64,000 nt of DNA from Camelus ferus (lineage: Eukaryota). The position numbers and the translations under genes were made by a program. Below, piece after piece: positions 1 through 12,444 of the stretch (position 1 is the stretch's first letter; every line of letters starts with the position of its first letter). Below the pieces are notes generated by a model that was not told where the DNA came from, did not search any database, and saw only the letters and a program-made list of their open reading frames with translations. The stretch lies in the NCBI RefSeq assembly GCF_009834535.1, contig NC_045709.1, forward strand, positions 52,328,001-52,392,000. The letters run 5' to 3'.

Positions 1-268
1 CAGTTAAGAGACAAATAGGTTCTGGGGATGTAATGTATAGCGTGGTGACTGTAGTTAACAAAACTGTAGTGTATGTTGGAAAGCTGCTAAGAGAGAAAAT
101 CTTGAAACTTCTCATCATAAGAAAAAAATTGTAACTATAAGAGGTAATGAATGTTAACTAAACATTGTGGTAATCATTTTATACTATATACATATACCAA
201 ATCATGCTGTATACCTTAAACTAATTTAATTTTATGTGTCAACTATATCTCAATGAAACTGGAAAAAA
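1..268 (+). mobile_element. L1 (L1MA/L1MB-type) 3' UTR fragment, cut by the window start
   Basis: Typical L1M 3' end text: ggggatgtaatgtatagcgtggtgactgtagttaac ... gtcaactatatctcaatgaaactggaaaaaa. Confidence 0.75.
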
Positions 269-3052
269 GAATGTCTTAACACAACAAGGAGTCATGATCT
301 GTAAAATACCTCTCACAAAAATACTTATAATTCACTTTATCACTTGTAGGGCAGGAATTATATTTTCTACTTTTTACCATAGTCTTAGATGGTAAAATGA
401 TTTACCTTGAATTAAAAGATCCTTATAAGATAAGAAAGGAACAGTTAGATAAGCATATATGCCCTAGTGGTTTGAATAGTGAACAGGTTATCACTTGATT
501 TGAGGATGGATAGAAATCTTTTCTAGCACTTCCTGGGTGACCAGTCCTAAGGAATGAGGACTATTGTACTTCCCAGGCCCATAGTGTGTGTTATGTATGA
601 CTTATATAAGGTTTGCAAAACAGAACAGAAGTGTCAGCATTATTATTATCGGCAAAGAGGTAGATGCCAAATGTTTAGAAACTCTTGAAGACTGGCTTTA
701 GATTCTTAACTGTTCTGGGTTTTGTTCTAATGCACAGGGTTAAATGAATGACCAATGTGCTGTATTACACTTTGTTTTGTTTTTCATAATCCTATGCATA
801 GGGAGCTTGCTGTGTCACAAGAAAAACAAAGTATAGCTTAAACCACCACTGCTTACCGCAGGCTCACTCATTCTCATACTAGAATCAACATTTTATATTT
901 TCCTTGTTAGAAAATTAGCAATGGAGCTCATATCCCTTGGATCAGTGAATGAGGGAAGAGATAATTTGTATAGATTACCCAATTTCCTGTGGATGAATGG
1001 AAACACAAAGAGAAGGGAAAAATAGAGAAGGAAAATACCAGCGTCACCAGAGACAAATGGGCCACTCAAACGTGGTTGCTTGGAACGTGGGGAATGAGAG
1101 CCTGAGGTAATTGTTTGAAACTGAATAAGTCAATTGTTTGATAATATTTTTAAATATTTGGAAGTCCATACCATCTAAGTCAAGTCAGTGTTTTTATAAC
1201 TAAGATAACCAGTGTAGTACAAAGCCAACACTCCTCCTAAAAACACTTAAAATATAATTATCATAGTTAGTGTTATAAAATATGTTGTGTAAAGCACCTA
1301 TTGCAAATTTTTAAATGTATCCTAAAATAGGAAGTGGCCTATAATGGGTCATGAAAACAGGTGAGACATTCTCTCTGAACAACTGGGTTCTTAGATTGGA
1401 TTATGGTTGGGTACCATGGTATAAAATTGAAATTCTGGTGCATGGAATGGATCGTAAGGTAATAGAAATAGAAAGAAAAGAAAAAGAGAGAGAAAATGAT
1501 CTCTTTAGATGACTATTTAATTCAGAAGTGCTATGGATAAACCTGTATCTTGTGTTATCCCAGCATCAGACAGTACCTATGAGACAGCTGGAGGCCTGGT
1601 CTACCACATTTGGAGGCTGTTAACTTCTGGGGACAGAGTTTGTATTTGATGGCTCTTTCCTACAACTATAATCTTAAAATCAGCTACAATCTGAAGGAAA
1701 AACTCATCCTTTTACAACTGGCCCTGGCCCTTCATCCTTGGTATAAACATCAAACTCAGCTAAGCATGTCCTCACTGTCTCTGAAACCAATGAGTTTCAG
1801 TATCCAGACCTGTTTCAATTTTGTTCATTTTTGCTATAAATGATATATAGAGAGAACCAAGGCCATTCTCTTTGTCCATGTAGGCAAAATAATCATACTT
1901 GATTATGAAAGCTTTTTGTCTTTGCATGGGTCTGAGAATGTGCTTGCTGAGTCAGAGCCAGTCAACATCATTTTTTAAATATTTTTTTCCTTACTCTGTA
2001 CACTTGGGTAGGAAGAAGGTCTCACACCTCAGTGCCCACATGCCTGGCTAGACTTCTCGCAAACCTCAATCTACATGTTTGCTTCCACAAAAGCCTAGTA
2101 AATCTCAGAAGTAATGATTCCAGTTGTCTTGGAAGAATGAGTTACTTTTCATTTCACCCCAGATTTGGTCACAAAGAACTTCATCTGACATTTTCTGACG
2201 CAGTAAAAATCTGCCGGTTGTTTTAATTATGAATTCATTAAGCTGGTTTTATTTGACATACCATATTTAGTGATTTCTCTTTCCATGTAGAAGCGGATTT
2301 ACTGTGAGTCTGTGTCCCTCAGGCATTTACCCTCTGGCTAGTGTAGATGACCACTAGGGAAATAATTTTTAGAATATTTACACAGCAAAATATAACCAAG
2401 GACCAAAAAAATTGAGTGTAGCTCTTTCAAGGTCAAGGGAAGTTCACGTTCTAAATATAACAATAAAAGGTAAGTGGGAAGTAACTCTATGGTCATTTTC
2501 TGTCATCGCCATATGCCTAGTTATTTATTTTAGACTGGCTCTGGCTTTGTAAAAAGCCCACCAGTCAAAGGGCTGGAGAGACCCCCTGAAGTTTGCAAAA
2601 GCAGTAACAAGCTTGAAATTGCTAGCAAGATGCTACACAGCCCAAAGTAGCCCAAACATCCCAAACATGCAGCAGTTGTGGTACAGTCATCCGCCCAACC
2701 ACAAATTCCTGAAGTCCCTCCAGATGCCACACAGAAACCTGGGTTTCTGAACCATCCAAGTAATAGCCAGACTTGTACACAAAGTAGAATCTTCAACATG
2801 TTATTAAATCTGAAAATTGCTTAAGATTTAAAGGAAGATGAAAGTCATTCAGTTTACTCCTCAAAACTACAGTGAATTCACCTCCAATGGTAGGGTGAGA
2901 TTCCTGAAAATCTAAGTGATTTTAGTAGGAAGGATCTTGTGGTTGGCGACTTCCAAACTTAAGGGGAAATGAGTTGAGAAGAATGAGTTTAGAAAGGAAC
3001 CTAGAAGAATTCTTACAGGTATTCTTGTATTGACTCACAAAGGGTTTTTAAA

Positions 3053-3245
3053 ATAATAATAGCTAACATTTCAATACTTTCTATGTTCCATTGCATAGAA
3101 TTGCATACATTATCTCAGTTTTTACAACAATGCCAAGCAACACCCCTATTCTCCAGATAAAGTTTTAAAACTTGCCCGAAGTCATGCATACAGTAAATAA
3201 TAAAACCAGGATGTAAAACCAGAGTGGCATCACTTCAAAGCCCAT
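3053..3245 (-). mobile_element. MIR SINE
   Basis: aataataatagctaacattt ... cttgcccgaagtcatgc ... accaggatgtaaaaccag resembles the MIR antisense core. Confidence 0.6.
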
Positions 3246-4107
3246 TTTACAGCAGTGATGATGGTAGCACCAGTGGAAGGGGAGAGAACCACTACAAAAT
3301 ATCATTTACTTTCTATAATATGTCCGTGCTCTTCCAGAGTTTCTCCCTTAAGCTTTTAAGAAACAGTGATGTCCACGTTGTCACCATGTCTGCTTTGGAA
3401 GGTCTTTCTGCATGCAATCATTCAAACCTTGCTTCTTCTGAGGCTCCCCCTATGCACTGTTCGAAGTAGAGACTTTGGGGACTGAATATTGATAAAGCTG
3501 TTTTAAAATTGCCAACTACCTCTTGTATTGTTCAGTGGGAATGGCTGGGTGATACTGTAGCTCTCTGTCCCTGTAACCTGAGTGCTGGGTCTGCCTTCTC
3601 CTTGGCAGCTGTGTTTCGCTGCCATAATTAATTCCTGTGTCCTGTGGGCAGGAGAAGGGCGTTTTAAATCTTCTTTGCCAAGACGAGTCACTTCCTGCTT
3701 ATACTCCACCAAGTTGAATACAGATTTTCACATTACATAGAATCATAGCATCTGTTTTTCACCGTTATACATCTCAATGGCAGCTGCAATTTATCCGCAT
3801 GACCTTTAATTGCTTTATCCTAATAACCAAGTGGTCTTAGATTCTATCAGGAATCACAGTGAATCATAATAGTCTTATTAAAAAAAATTTTGTTGGGGAA
3901 TTGATGCTTGATTTTTACTGTCAGTGCTGTTATAAATCTGATGAGGTAAAATATCTCTAAAAAGAAGTTTCCATCCAAAATGCATTTTGCCACCATCTTT
4001 TTTTCAATGTTATTGCAGTATTATTTAAAACAGCATATTATAAAATCTCAATGAATCCTAATGAATCAGAAGATTTATTTGAGTCTAACAATGGCTAAGT
4101 ACTTCTC

Positions 4108-4416
4108 TTTTTTTATTGAAGTATAGTTGCTATACAATTTTATGTAAGATACAAGTGTACAATATAGTGATTCACAATTTTTAAAGGTTATACTCCATTT
4201 ATAGTTATTATAAATATTGGCTATATTCCCTGTGTTGTACAATATATCCTTATAACTTACACCTAATAGTTTGTACCTCTTACTCCCCTACCCCTGTATT
4301 GCTGCTTCCCCCATCACTCTCCCCACTGGTAACCACTAGTTTATTGTCTATATCTGTGAGTCTGCTTCTTTTTTGCTATATTCACTAGTTTGTTGTATTT
4401 TTTAGATTCCACATAA
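4108..4416 (-). mobile_element. Cetartiodactyl-type L1 3' end, running into an assembly gap
   Basis: Poly-T followed by attgaagtatagttg ... ggtaaccactagttt ... ttttagattccacataa, the reverse complement of an L1 3' UTR. Confidence 0.85.
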
Positions 4417-4625
4417 NNNNNNNNNNNNNNNNNNNNNNNNNNNNNNNNNNNNNNNNNNNNNNNNNNNNNNNNNNNNNNNNNNNNNNNNNNNNNNNNNNNN
4501 NNNNNNNNNNNNNNNNNNNNNNNNNNNNNNNNNNNNNNNNNNNNNNNNNNNNNNNNNNNNNNNNNNNNNNNNNNNNNNNNNNNNNNNNNNNNNNNNNNNN
4601 NNNNNNNNNNNNNNNNNNNNNNNNN
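4417..4625. other. Assembly gap (209 N)
   Basis: Run of N in the sequence. Confidence 1.
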
Positions 4626-4694
4626 CATCATTTTGCACTGGTCTTATTCTGGGGTGGAGAGAGCAGAGGTTCTCAAGCAATAGACTGAAATCTA

Positions 4695-5040
4695 CAATCC
4701 ATGTACAATGACTCCCAAGTCAATTGTTTCCAGCCAGATCTTACCCTCAGCTCTATATATGCAATAGTATTTGCAAAGATATATCCTCTCCCAGAAACTG
4801 CCATGCCTTCTTCAAAATAAGTATATCTAAAAATAATTGCCAAAACTACTTCTTTTATATTCCTTGTCTGTTAGTAGAACCCCATTAACCTATCCATGTA
4901 AACCAGAAATCTAGCACTTAATAATCAGTCACTAAGTTCTATATTTTAAGTTCCGCCTCCTAAATAGCTTTCAGTGAAACCCCTTCCTAACTTCTATCAC
5001 TTCTTTTGTTGGCAACATCATCACTCAGCACGCTAGTCAT
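4695..5040 (+). mobile_element. L2 LINE fragment
   Basis: atgactcccaagtc...ccagccagatct and gttccgcctcctaaatagc match the degenerate L2 region after the RT YADD motif. Confidence 0.6.
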
Positions 5041-5503
5041 GCTGCCTGCCACACCCACACAGACTTTCCCCACCTTGCCTCTTTTATGAGAGAGCATTAG
5101 TCTGTTTTTTGAACAAGGGCTGCCAATAAATGGACCAGAGCAGACACACCTGTGCCAAGAGTCTAGCCAGTGATGAATGAGGTCACTTAACTCAGAACAC
5201 TCTGTTCAAAAAAGTCATCAGCATGGCAGATTAGTTCCTGCCATAATGTGTATGTGGAATCTGGGAGGGATTGACCCGTCCATAGAAAGAGGAGGGCAGA
5301 GCAGATATGCTGAGTGAAGCCAAGAATTCTATGTCTGAAAAACAGAGGAAGAAATTGGTCCTTGGAAGTGTTGAATCGTAGACAGATTGACGATTACAGA
5401 TCTGGCACAGAAGTACACGTCAATGAACACTTATTTCAGTTTTAAGAAAATCAGTCTCTTTTATTAAGGAAATAGTCTCCATGCGTTGCAACCAGACAGA
5501 AGC

Positions 5504-5541
5504 GACTAACACAAACAGAAGAGACTAACACAAACAGAAGA
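5504..5541 (+). repeat. Perfect 19-bp tandem duplication (gactaacacaaacagaaga x2)
   Basis: Read directly from the sequence. Confidence 0.95.
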
Positions 5542-6100
5542 GTCAGGAGTAGCCTCAAGTCATAGTCCTTAGAGGGGGTGCAGATATATCTGTAGGGTTG
5601 TAGAAGATGAGACAACCCCTTTCAGAATGGAGGAGCAAGGCATCCATGTGCAGCAAAGATAAAGTGGCTACTGTCCTGGACAAAACAAGGCTTGGTGCTT
5701 TTGCTTTGGAGCAATTCCAAGGAAATAGAAATGCAAGCGAAATTCTCCCTCTGTATCTTTCTCCTTGTGCTGCCCTTTCTAGAAAGATAGGCACCAGGTT
5801 GTTAAAAGTGGTTACTTTGGGATGATGGAAATACAGGAGGCTTTAAGATCTTTCAGATTACTTGTACTTTTTTCCCCGACAATGTACATGCTCTGGTTTG
5901 GGGGTAAAGAAATAAAGCAAAAATGAAAGAAAAAAAAGAAAAAATGAAATTCAAGAACACCAGAGCTGGATGACTGCCTCTCCTACAATTAGACAGTTGC
6001 AGTGGGGAAGCACATGCTCTGGTCCCAGGTTGCCTGGTTGAAAGCAGATAAGGAAACACAGGGCCACCATATGACTTGGCTTCAGGAAACCCTTTCTATT

Positions 6101-6248
6101 NNNNNNNNNNNNNNNNNNNNNNNNNNNNNNNNNNNNNNNNNNNNNNNNNNNNNNNNNNNNNNNNNNNNNNNNNNNNNNNNNNNNNNNNNNNNNNNNNNNN
6201 NNNNNNNNNNNNNNNNNNNNNNNNNNNNNNNNNNNNNNNNNNNNNNNN
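6101..6248. other. Assembly gap (148 N)
   Basis: Run of N in the sequence. Confidence 1.
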
Positions 6249-7699
6249 ATTGGAATCATCTGAGAGTGAGCCAGCACAGTCTGGATTTCCTGACTCCTGG
6301 GTCCCTTTGAATGATATCTCTGCATTCATCTGCCTCCCACAGGAGTGGAATGAGGTGCAGGCCAGTCACAGGGATTCAGGCACAGCATTAGATCCAGTAA
6401 TGTGCAAAATCAGAGCATGGGGAAAAAAATACTATTGAAAAGAAATTATAGGATTTGTCTCCGGAGGACGGGGAAGAGCTTCATGAGAATATGCAGACAC
6501 GAATTTTACGTTTGCTAAACCAAGGAGTGCAAAACATAGTCTGAGATGATCCAGCCAAATTCATTCCAAGCTTGGGATGAGAAAGGAAGGGGAAGAAGGG
6601 AGAGCAGAGGCAAATGGTTTCACCTCTGCAGGTACATGCAGAGCTGGTGGTACCTTGCAACTAGAAAGATGTGACTAACACAGACAGAAGGCTGGAGGAA
6701 GCTTGCAGGCAACAGACCTTTAGAGGAAATGCAAATTTGGTTGCAGGGTTGTGGGAGATTGAGGACCTTGAGGACAATCCCTTCCAAACAATAGGTTGGG
6801 ATCTGCAATCCATATGCAATGACTCTTAAGTCAACTCTCTCCAGCTAGACCTCTACCCTGAGCAGCCTTCTGTGATTTCGAAGGTTTATGGGATCCTCTG
6901 TGACCCAACCAGTAACAATGAAGAGCCAGACCACCAATGGTCAGTGTGAAAAAAGATTTACAAATGATGCAGAAGATAGGAATGTTTGAACCCTACTCTC
7001 TCCTTGTGGGTACTCAACTGCTCCAAACTCGGTTCCCTATTTGGGCTGAAAGACACACCCTTTTCTTGATCATTAAATAAGAGTATACTAAGAGAAACCA
7101 CCTGGTAATGAAAACTACTCTCCTGACCAGGATTCACAGATACTGAAAGGAGATTGCTGTTAAAAAAAAAAAACAAACAGATCTCGGGAGTGTATCTGCA
7201 CTAGATAAAATAGCAGCACCCAGGTAGAAATGGCATGTCCAGTGCCACAGAATGAAGCCTAAATCTCATTTATCCATGGCTTGGGATCTGAACTATGAGG
7301 AAATCAAATTAAAAGACAGTTCAGTAAAGATCATCTTGGTAGGGAGAAGACTAATATGCGGAACACCTTCTAGGAATTGTCATGAAGAAAATGGAAAGAA
7401 TGGAATGGAAAAGGGTGTAATCACAGAGAGAATCAGGAACTCTGGGAGACTGAACTCGTGTCACAGACGTGTGATTAGCCAGTCTTGACAGTTTCTGCGT
7501 TCAATTGGCATATGAAGACATCCCCTTTTTCTCATGAAGATCTGAGCAAGGCTGATTTGGGCAAACCAAAGATCCAAGCTCTCAATTCTCACCAGGTTTT
7601 ATGTCAGTTAGTCTTATGTTCTTTTGTTTTCAGTCTTTTCCCACTCTGCCCACCATGTAACTTCTAGAATAATGTTCCTAAAAAAAAAAATCCAGTCGA

Positions 7700-8205
7700 A
7701 TTATTCTGCCTTCAAACCTGTCTACGACATTCAGTATGATCCTGTAGACTTTTCCCCTTTCTACAGTTCACACTTCCCCACAGACTCTCTTGGCTCCAGT
7801 CACAGAACCTTCTCAAGTCCCTTGAGTGTATCAACTCTGTTGCCTTGGTAAACCTAGACATAGCTATTTTCCTCTTCTCACTTCAGTTCCCTGGCCAGCC
7901 TGACTCTACCAGCCACCCTTGGTGCACTCTGAATTACAAGCAAGCCTCAGCCCAGATCACTGCCTTCTTGGGGAACCGTTCACCCAGTAGACCCAGTAAA
8001 AGATGTTTCCCTTCTTCTGTTCTTGCTAATGCCACCAGTTCCATTGTTGGGTCTTCCTTGACACTTGTGTTTCTCCCACTGGAATGTAATCTCCTTAAGG
8101 ATGGGAAGAACCTCTTTAAATCTGTAAATTATCTTTAAACATCTTGAAATTCCCAGCACTTGGCACAGTTACTAGGATGCTTTAATATTTATTAAAAGAA
8201 TGACT
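7700..8205 (+). mobile_element. L2 LINE 3' portion
   Basis: cccactggaatgtaatctccttaaggatgggaa ... cccagcacttggcacag ... aatatttattaaaagaatga is the typical L2 3' tail. Confidence 0.7.
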
Positions 8206-9384
8206 AGTGATCATCACCTAGTAAATGTCCCAAAATCACAGATGATGCTCTAGAGAGGGCTTGGGATTGCTAAAATGAAGTTGCTGTGTGGAGTTAAGAG
8301 GCAAGTCACTCCCACACCCCTACCGACTGGATCCCATCCTTTTGAGAAGCTCAGTGATTCTTTAAAAATGGATAAAATTAGATTCCCCTTTCCCAAGGAG
8401 ATTCCCACAATTTTGAAAACTTCCCATCTAACCACTTGCTCAGGACTTTATTGTCAATCAGCATGACTCTCCTACATAATTCATTTATTTCATCTAAAAG
8501 CTGGGCAGTGGAACTAAAGTGCTTGAGCCACCAAGTGGAGAGTAGCACTGCGGGTCCGACCACATCCTAATTCTGCTTATGTGTCCATTTTTTTAAATGT
8601 GACATTCTTGAGAGTTCCCTTTAATATTTCAGCAAGCCTTTATTAAGAGTGTACTATATGCCAGGCATGGTTTCTATTGTCACGATTCATTGGGTATATG
8701 GCAGGGTCAATAATTTATTCACTACCAGTCAGGTGTGAAAGATATGTAGTTTCTTTGTTTTCTATATCTAATTTAATTCTGCTCCCAAGCTTTCACACTG
8801 CTGGGTAATGGGAGGAAACATGATTGTTGAATGACAGTACATAATCTCTCTGGGCTGTGGCTTTGGAGTAAATCCTCATTCCTTCTGTTCTCCACCCTTC
8901 TGCCTAAGATGGTTCCTGAAGATGTGGGAGACTTTCAGGGCCATAAGTTACTGGGGTAGAAGGCATCTTGGGACCATCCCCAGAGATCCCCAGAGATCCC
9001 CAGAAAGGATGACTTGTGGGTCTTCATTGACCTCTACGGTAATGTCTGCTGGTCCTGGGATGCCCTATGGTCCCACAGTACTGATGGCTGGGTCTGGCGG
9101 AATCATAAGTTGTTCTCATACTGGTTCCATGAGAACACCTTGGTTCTCCCAGCACTGTGGGCCCATCTGAGTATCAGCCAAGTCCTTCCTCCGGTTCTGG
9201 TTTAAGCCATCTACCCTGCAGCATGTGCAGTGGAGCCACTGCTCTTGTTCCCACAGCTGGCTCACAGATTCTCCATCCAGGGACTCTCCATGTCCCCTCC
9301 TGGCCAAGCACACTTACTTCTAGATTTCTTCCATGGCACCTGAGAATCAAGTGTGTGGAAAGAGGCACACAACACAAGCCCTTC

Positions 9385-9436
9385 TGACTCTTCCAGGGGC
9401 ACTAACTCCATCTATGAGCCTTCCACCCTCATGACC
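9385..9436 (-). mobile_element. MLT1 (MaLR LTR) fragment next to a gap
   Basis: ggggcactaactccatctatgagccttccaccctcatgacc matches the MLT1A-type motif also seen near 28.5 kb. Confidence 0.55.
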
Positions 9437-9569
9437 NNNNNNNNNNNNNNNNNNNNNNNNNNNNNNNNNNNNNNNNNNNNNNNNNNNNNNNNNNNNNNNN
9501 NNNNNNNNNNNNNNNNNNNNNNNNNNNNNNNNNNNNNNNNNNNNNNNNNNNNNNNNNNNNNNNNNNNNN
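9437..9569. other. Assembly gap (133 N)
   Basis: Run of N in the sequence. Confidence 1.
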
Positions 9570-10552
9570 CTATGAAAGTTTCTAAATGCTGACTCCCCAT
9601 TTCAGAACTGATCTCAAGGTGGATTGCAGACCAGCACTTTCTCAGGACCACACATTGAGTAGGTCCAGAATGTGCTATGTTGGACACAGAACTTGTCTAA
9701 GGTGGTCTTTAGTCTTTCTAGGCAGTGCCCAGAGGGGAGCAGGTCCCACTACCCTGGAATTTTACAGTTCCTCTTTTTTGTTTTTTCTAACAGCCTTCAG
9801 ACACCACACCCAGCTGTACTTACCTGGCCATGCCCCAGGGTTTTAGCCTCAAGGGTGGGAGAGGGCGCGTTCTTTCCTGGTCTTAGTCCCTGTCGGTGTC
9901 TGCCTCTCTAACCAGAAGCCTTTCCATTTTGCCCCCTTGCTTTCCCTCTGCTTGGGGTTTATAGACAAAATTCTCCATCTTTGCTTTTCATACATGAACA
10001 GGAGGGATTTTGTCCTTTTGCTTGTTCTTTCTCTCTTGTTTTCTCTCTCTTTCTCTTTTGCTTTTTGGCATTTTGGAAAACTCTTTTCACTCTCTAAAAA
10101 GCTCGACTCTCTTGCTGGAATTTGTTTTTTAAGTTGGCTTTGGAACTCAAAGCTGATCAATGCCCTCTTTGTTCCAGCGGGAACCCGCCCTCCTTCTGAA
10201 AGGACAACTACCATTGACAAAATGGGTGGGGAGCTTCAGAGGCAAAAAAAAAAAAAAAAAAAACAACAAAAAAACAGGGTATGAAAATATTTCATAAGTT
10301 GCCTATTACACTGGCATCTGGGTGATACAAATTGGAGTAATTATGGAGGATTTTAAAACTCTTCATCATTATTACATAATAGTTGCTTGATAATTGCTTA
10401 AAACAATACTTTGGATACAAACATTTATATATTCCTCTACCATATCCTTATCTCACAACGAGATGAGAAGAGTTTTCATGATCCATGTCCTTATACGTGT
10501 GAAACCAAAAATAATAGCGCTAATATAAAATAAAATTGTAAGAGTTTTTCAT

Positions 10553-10584
10553 TGTGTGTGTGTGTGTGTGTGCGCCTGTGTGTG
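10553..10584 (+). repeat. (TG)n microsatellite, interrupted
   Basis: tgtgtgtgtgtgtgtgtgtgcgcctgtgtgtg. Confidence 0.9.
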
Positions 10585-11249
10585 AACAACTGGCAAAAGA
10601 CTCAGTCTTTAACTGAGGGATCCTTATGTACTCTTGGGATTTTAACTTCACATACAAATTAACTTCTGCTTTACTCTCAGGAAGATTGAATTGCCCAAAG
10701 TAAATTGGATGGTTTCTTGTGGACATTCTTATATTTCAAAAATTCCAATTCTGTAAAGGTGCCTGCAAACTTACTTTATAGAATTCAAAATAACCATCAA
10801 AAGAAACTAGACAATCCAGACAGTGTTTGTACATTTTTTTTCTTCCTGTTATCAATTATTTATTATGACCACATAAATAATTCTAGTCATTATTTCTATT
10901 TCAATAGCTATTATATACTTGAAAGTGTTTTAAAAAATAAATTCTGGTTCTCTGAGATCTTATCTCTTTGAGACTTAGACATGAGCACAGGTCACATTCA
11001 TTGTACTAGTTGAAATTTTTGCTCAGGACCCGGACTAGCAAAGAAACCAAATGAATCTTCACCAAATTAATTATTAGAAGTGAAAGCTCACCTTCCCCAA
11101 ACTCCTATTGAAAACACCATGTGTGCACATTTAAAAATTAAACTAAATCATTAAAAAGAAAGATGTAGGAAACACAATTTTTAAAAAATTCTAAACAAAT
11201 GTTGCTCTCTCTCTATGTATATATCTATAGGCTCTTTCAACAATGCATT

Positions 11250-11890
11250 CTCAGGGTGTTAGCCAGAGTCCAGGTAGGAAGGAGATGACATAATTAAATT
11301 ATATATTTGGAGAGAATTTAATTAAGGGATTACTTTCAAAGATGTGGTCTGAATGTAGGAAACTACAAAAGACAGTGCAGGACTGGTTACCATGGATACT
11401 GTTACCATCCTTAAGTTAAAGAAGCCAGTGGAACAGAACCCAAGATGGAGAAACTTCGATGGAGAAAGTTAATAACTCATCATCCTCTGAAGACTCCAGC
11501 AAAAAATGGAGAAACCAAGCTAAAGAACACAAACATACATTTCTGTTATAAATACAAGTAACATTTTAAATGACATGGAGATTATTCTTCTTTCCCACTA
11601 CTTACTGTCGCCTCTCATTGACAATATTGTGAATATTATGTGACTTTAGATTGAAGGATGCAACCAACTCAGTGTGATCCCTGCACCTGCAAGAAAACAG
11701 CCTGGGAAATAAGTATCCTGTCTTTTCTCCCCATCCTTCCTCTGATCTCCTGCTGATGCTCCCCATTGGAAAACTTAACCAGAAGTCGGAGGCTAAGGAA
11801 GCTGCTACTGTTGATCAGAGTCCCAGTCTCCAGAGTAGAATGAAGGAGAATAGAAAGTGAAGATTGAGGGAAAAATGCAAGACATCGAAC
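11250..11890 (-). mobile_element. ERVL solo LTR, LTR33-like, with an internal insert of about 175 bp
   Basis: ctccccattggaaaacttaaccagaagtcggagg and gaaggatgcaacc...ccctgc...aaataagtatcctg resemble LTR33. Confidence 0.6.
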
Positions 11891-11981
11891 ACACTCAGTG
11901 TGCTGTCTTGCAATGTGGAGATGGTTGCATGTGTGCTCTTTAACATACTTTATGCCTGATGTATGCTTTAAAAGTATGAAA

Positions 11982-12298
11982 GAGTTATGTGGAATCCAAA
12001 AAATGATACAAATGAACTTATCTACAAAACAGAAACAGACTCACAGAAGTAGAAAACAAACTCAGAGACATAGAAAACCAAAGCGGAAGGTTGCAGGGAA
12101 GGATAAATTAGGAGTTTGGAATTAGGCAGATACAAACTACTATACATAAAATCAACAACAAGGTCTTACTGTATCTTATAATATCATAAAAGAACCTATA
12201 ATGAAAAAGAATATATATGTGTATAACTGAATCACTAAGTTGTATATCAGAAACTAACACAACACTGTAAATCAACTATACTTCAATTATAAAAAAAA
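11982..12298 (+). mobile_element. 5'-truncated cetartiodactyl L1 3' end with poly-A and TSD
   Basis: tggaatccaaaaaatgatacaaatgaacttat ... gtaaatcaactatacttcaat plus A-tail; TSD aaaagtatgaaa at 11970-11981 and 12295-12306. Confidence 0.9.
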
Positions 12299-12444
12299 GT
12301 ATGAAAAAGCTAACGAAAGCATATATACATACACGTCAAGAATAACCTGATTTGTCTCATTTTCTGTTTATAATACCTTGTGGTAACAATAGTAAATACA
12401 TTTTTTGAGCTTTCATTATGTTCCAGGCACCATACTTTCTCGCC

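Larger units (their letters stand above)
4650..6865 (+). repeat. Old local segmental duplication or triplication (about 5304-5625 with 6488-6790; 4678-4750 with 6789-6863)
   Basis: Manual alignment, e.g. ttgcaaccagacagaagcgactaacacaaacagaag vs ttgcaactagaaagatgtgactaacacagacagaag, and caatagactgaaatctacaatccatgtacaatgactc vs caataggttgggatctgcaatccatatgcaatgactc. Confidence 0.75.

Noticed and set aside
8978-9004. Short 10-bp tandem duplications (ccccagagat here; ggggaccctt near 63308)
   Set aside because: These are ordinary replication-slippage duplications.
4341-9687. ORF-track entries spanning N runs (4341-4631, 4402-4680, 5951-6325, 6002-6310, 6076-6438, 6096-6329, 9353-9592, 9412-9687)
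   Set aside because: They are artefacts of assembly gaps translated as X.
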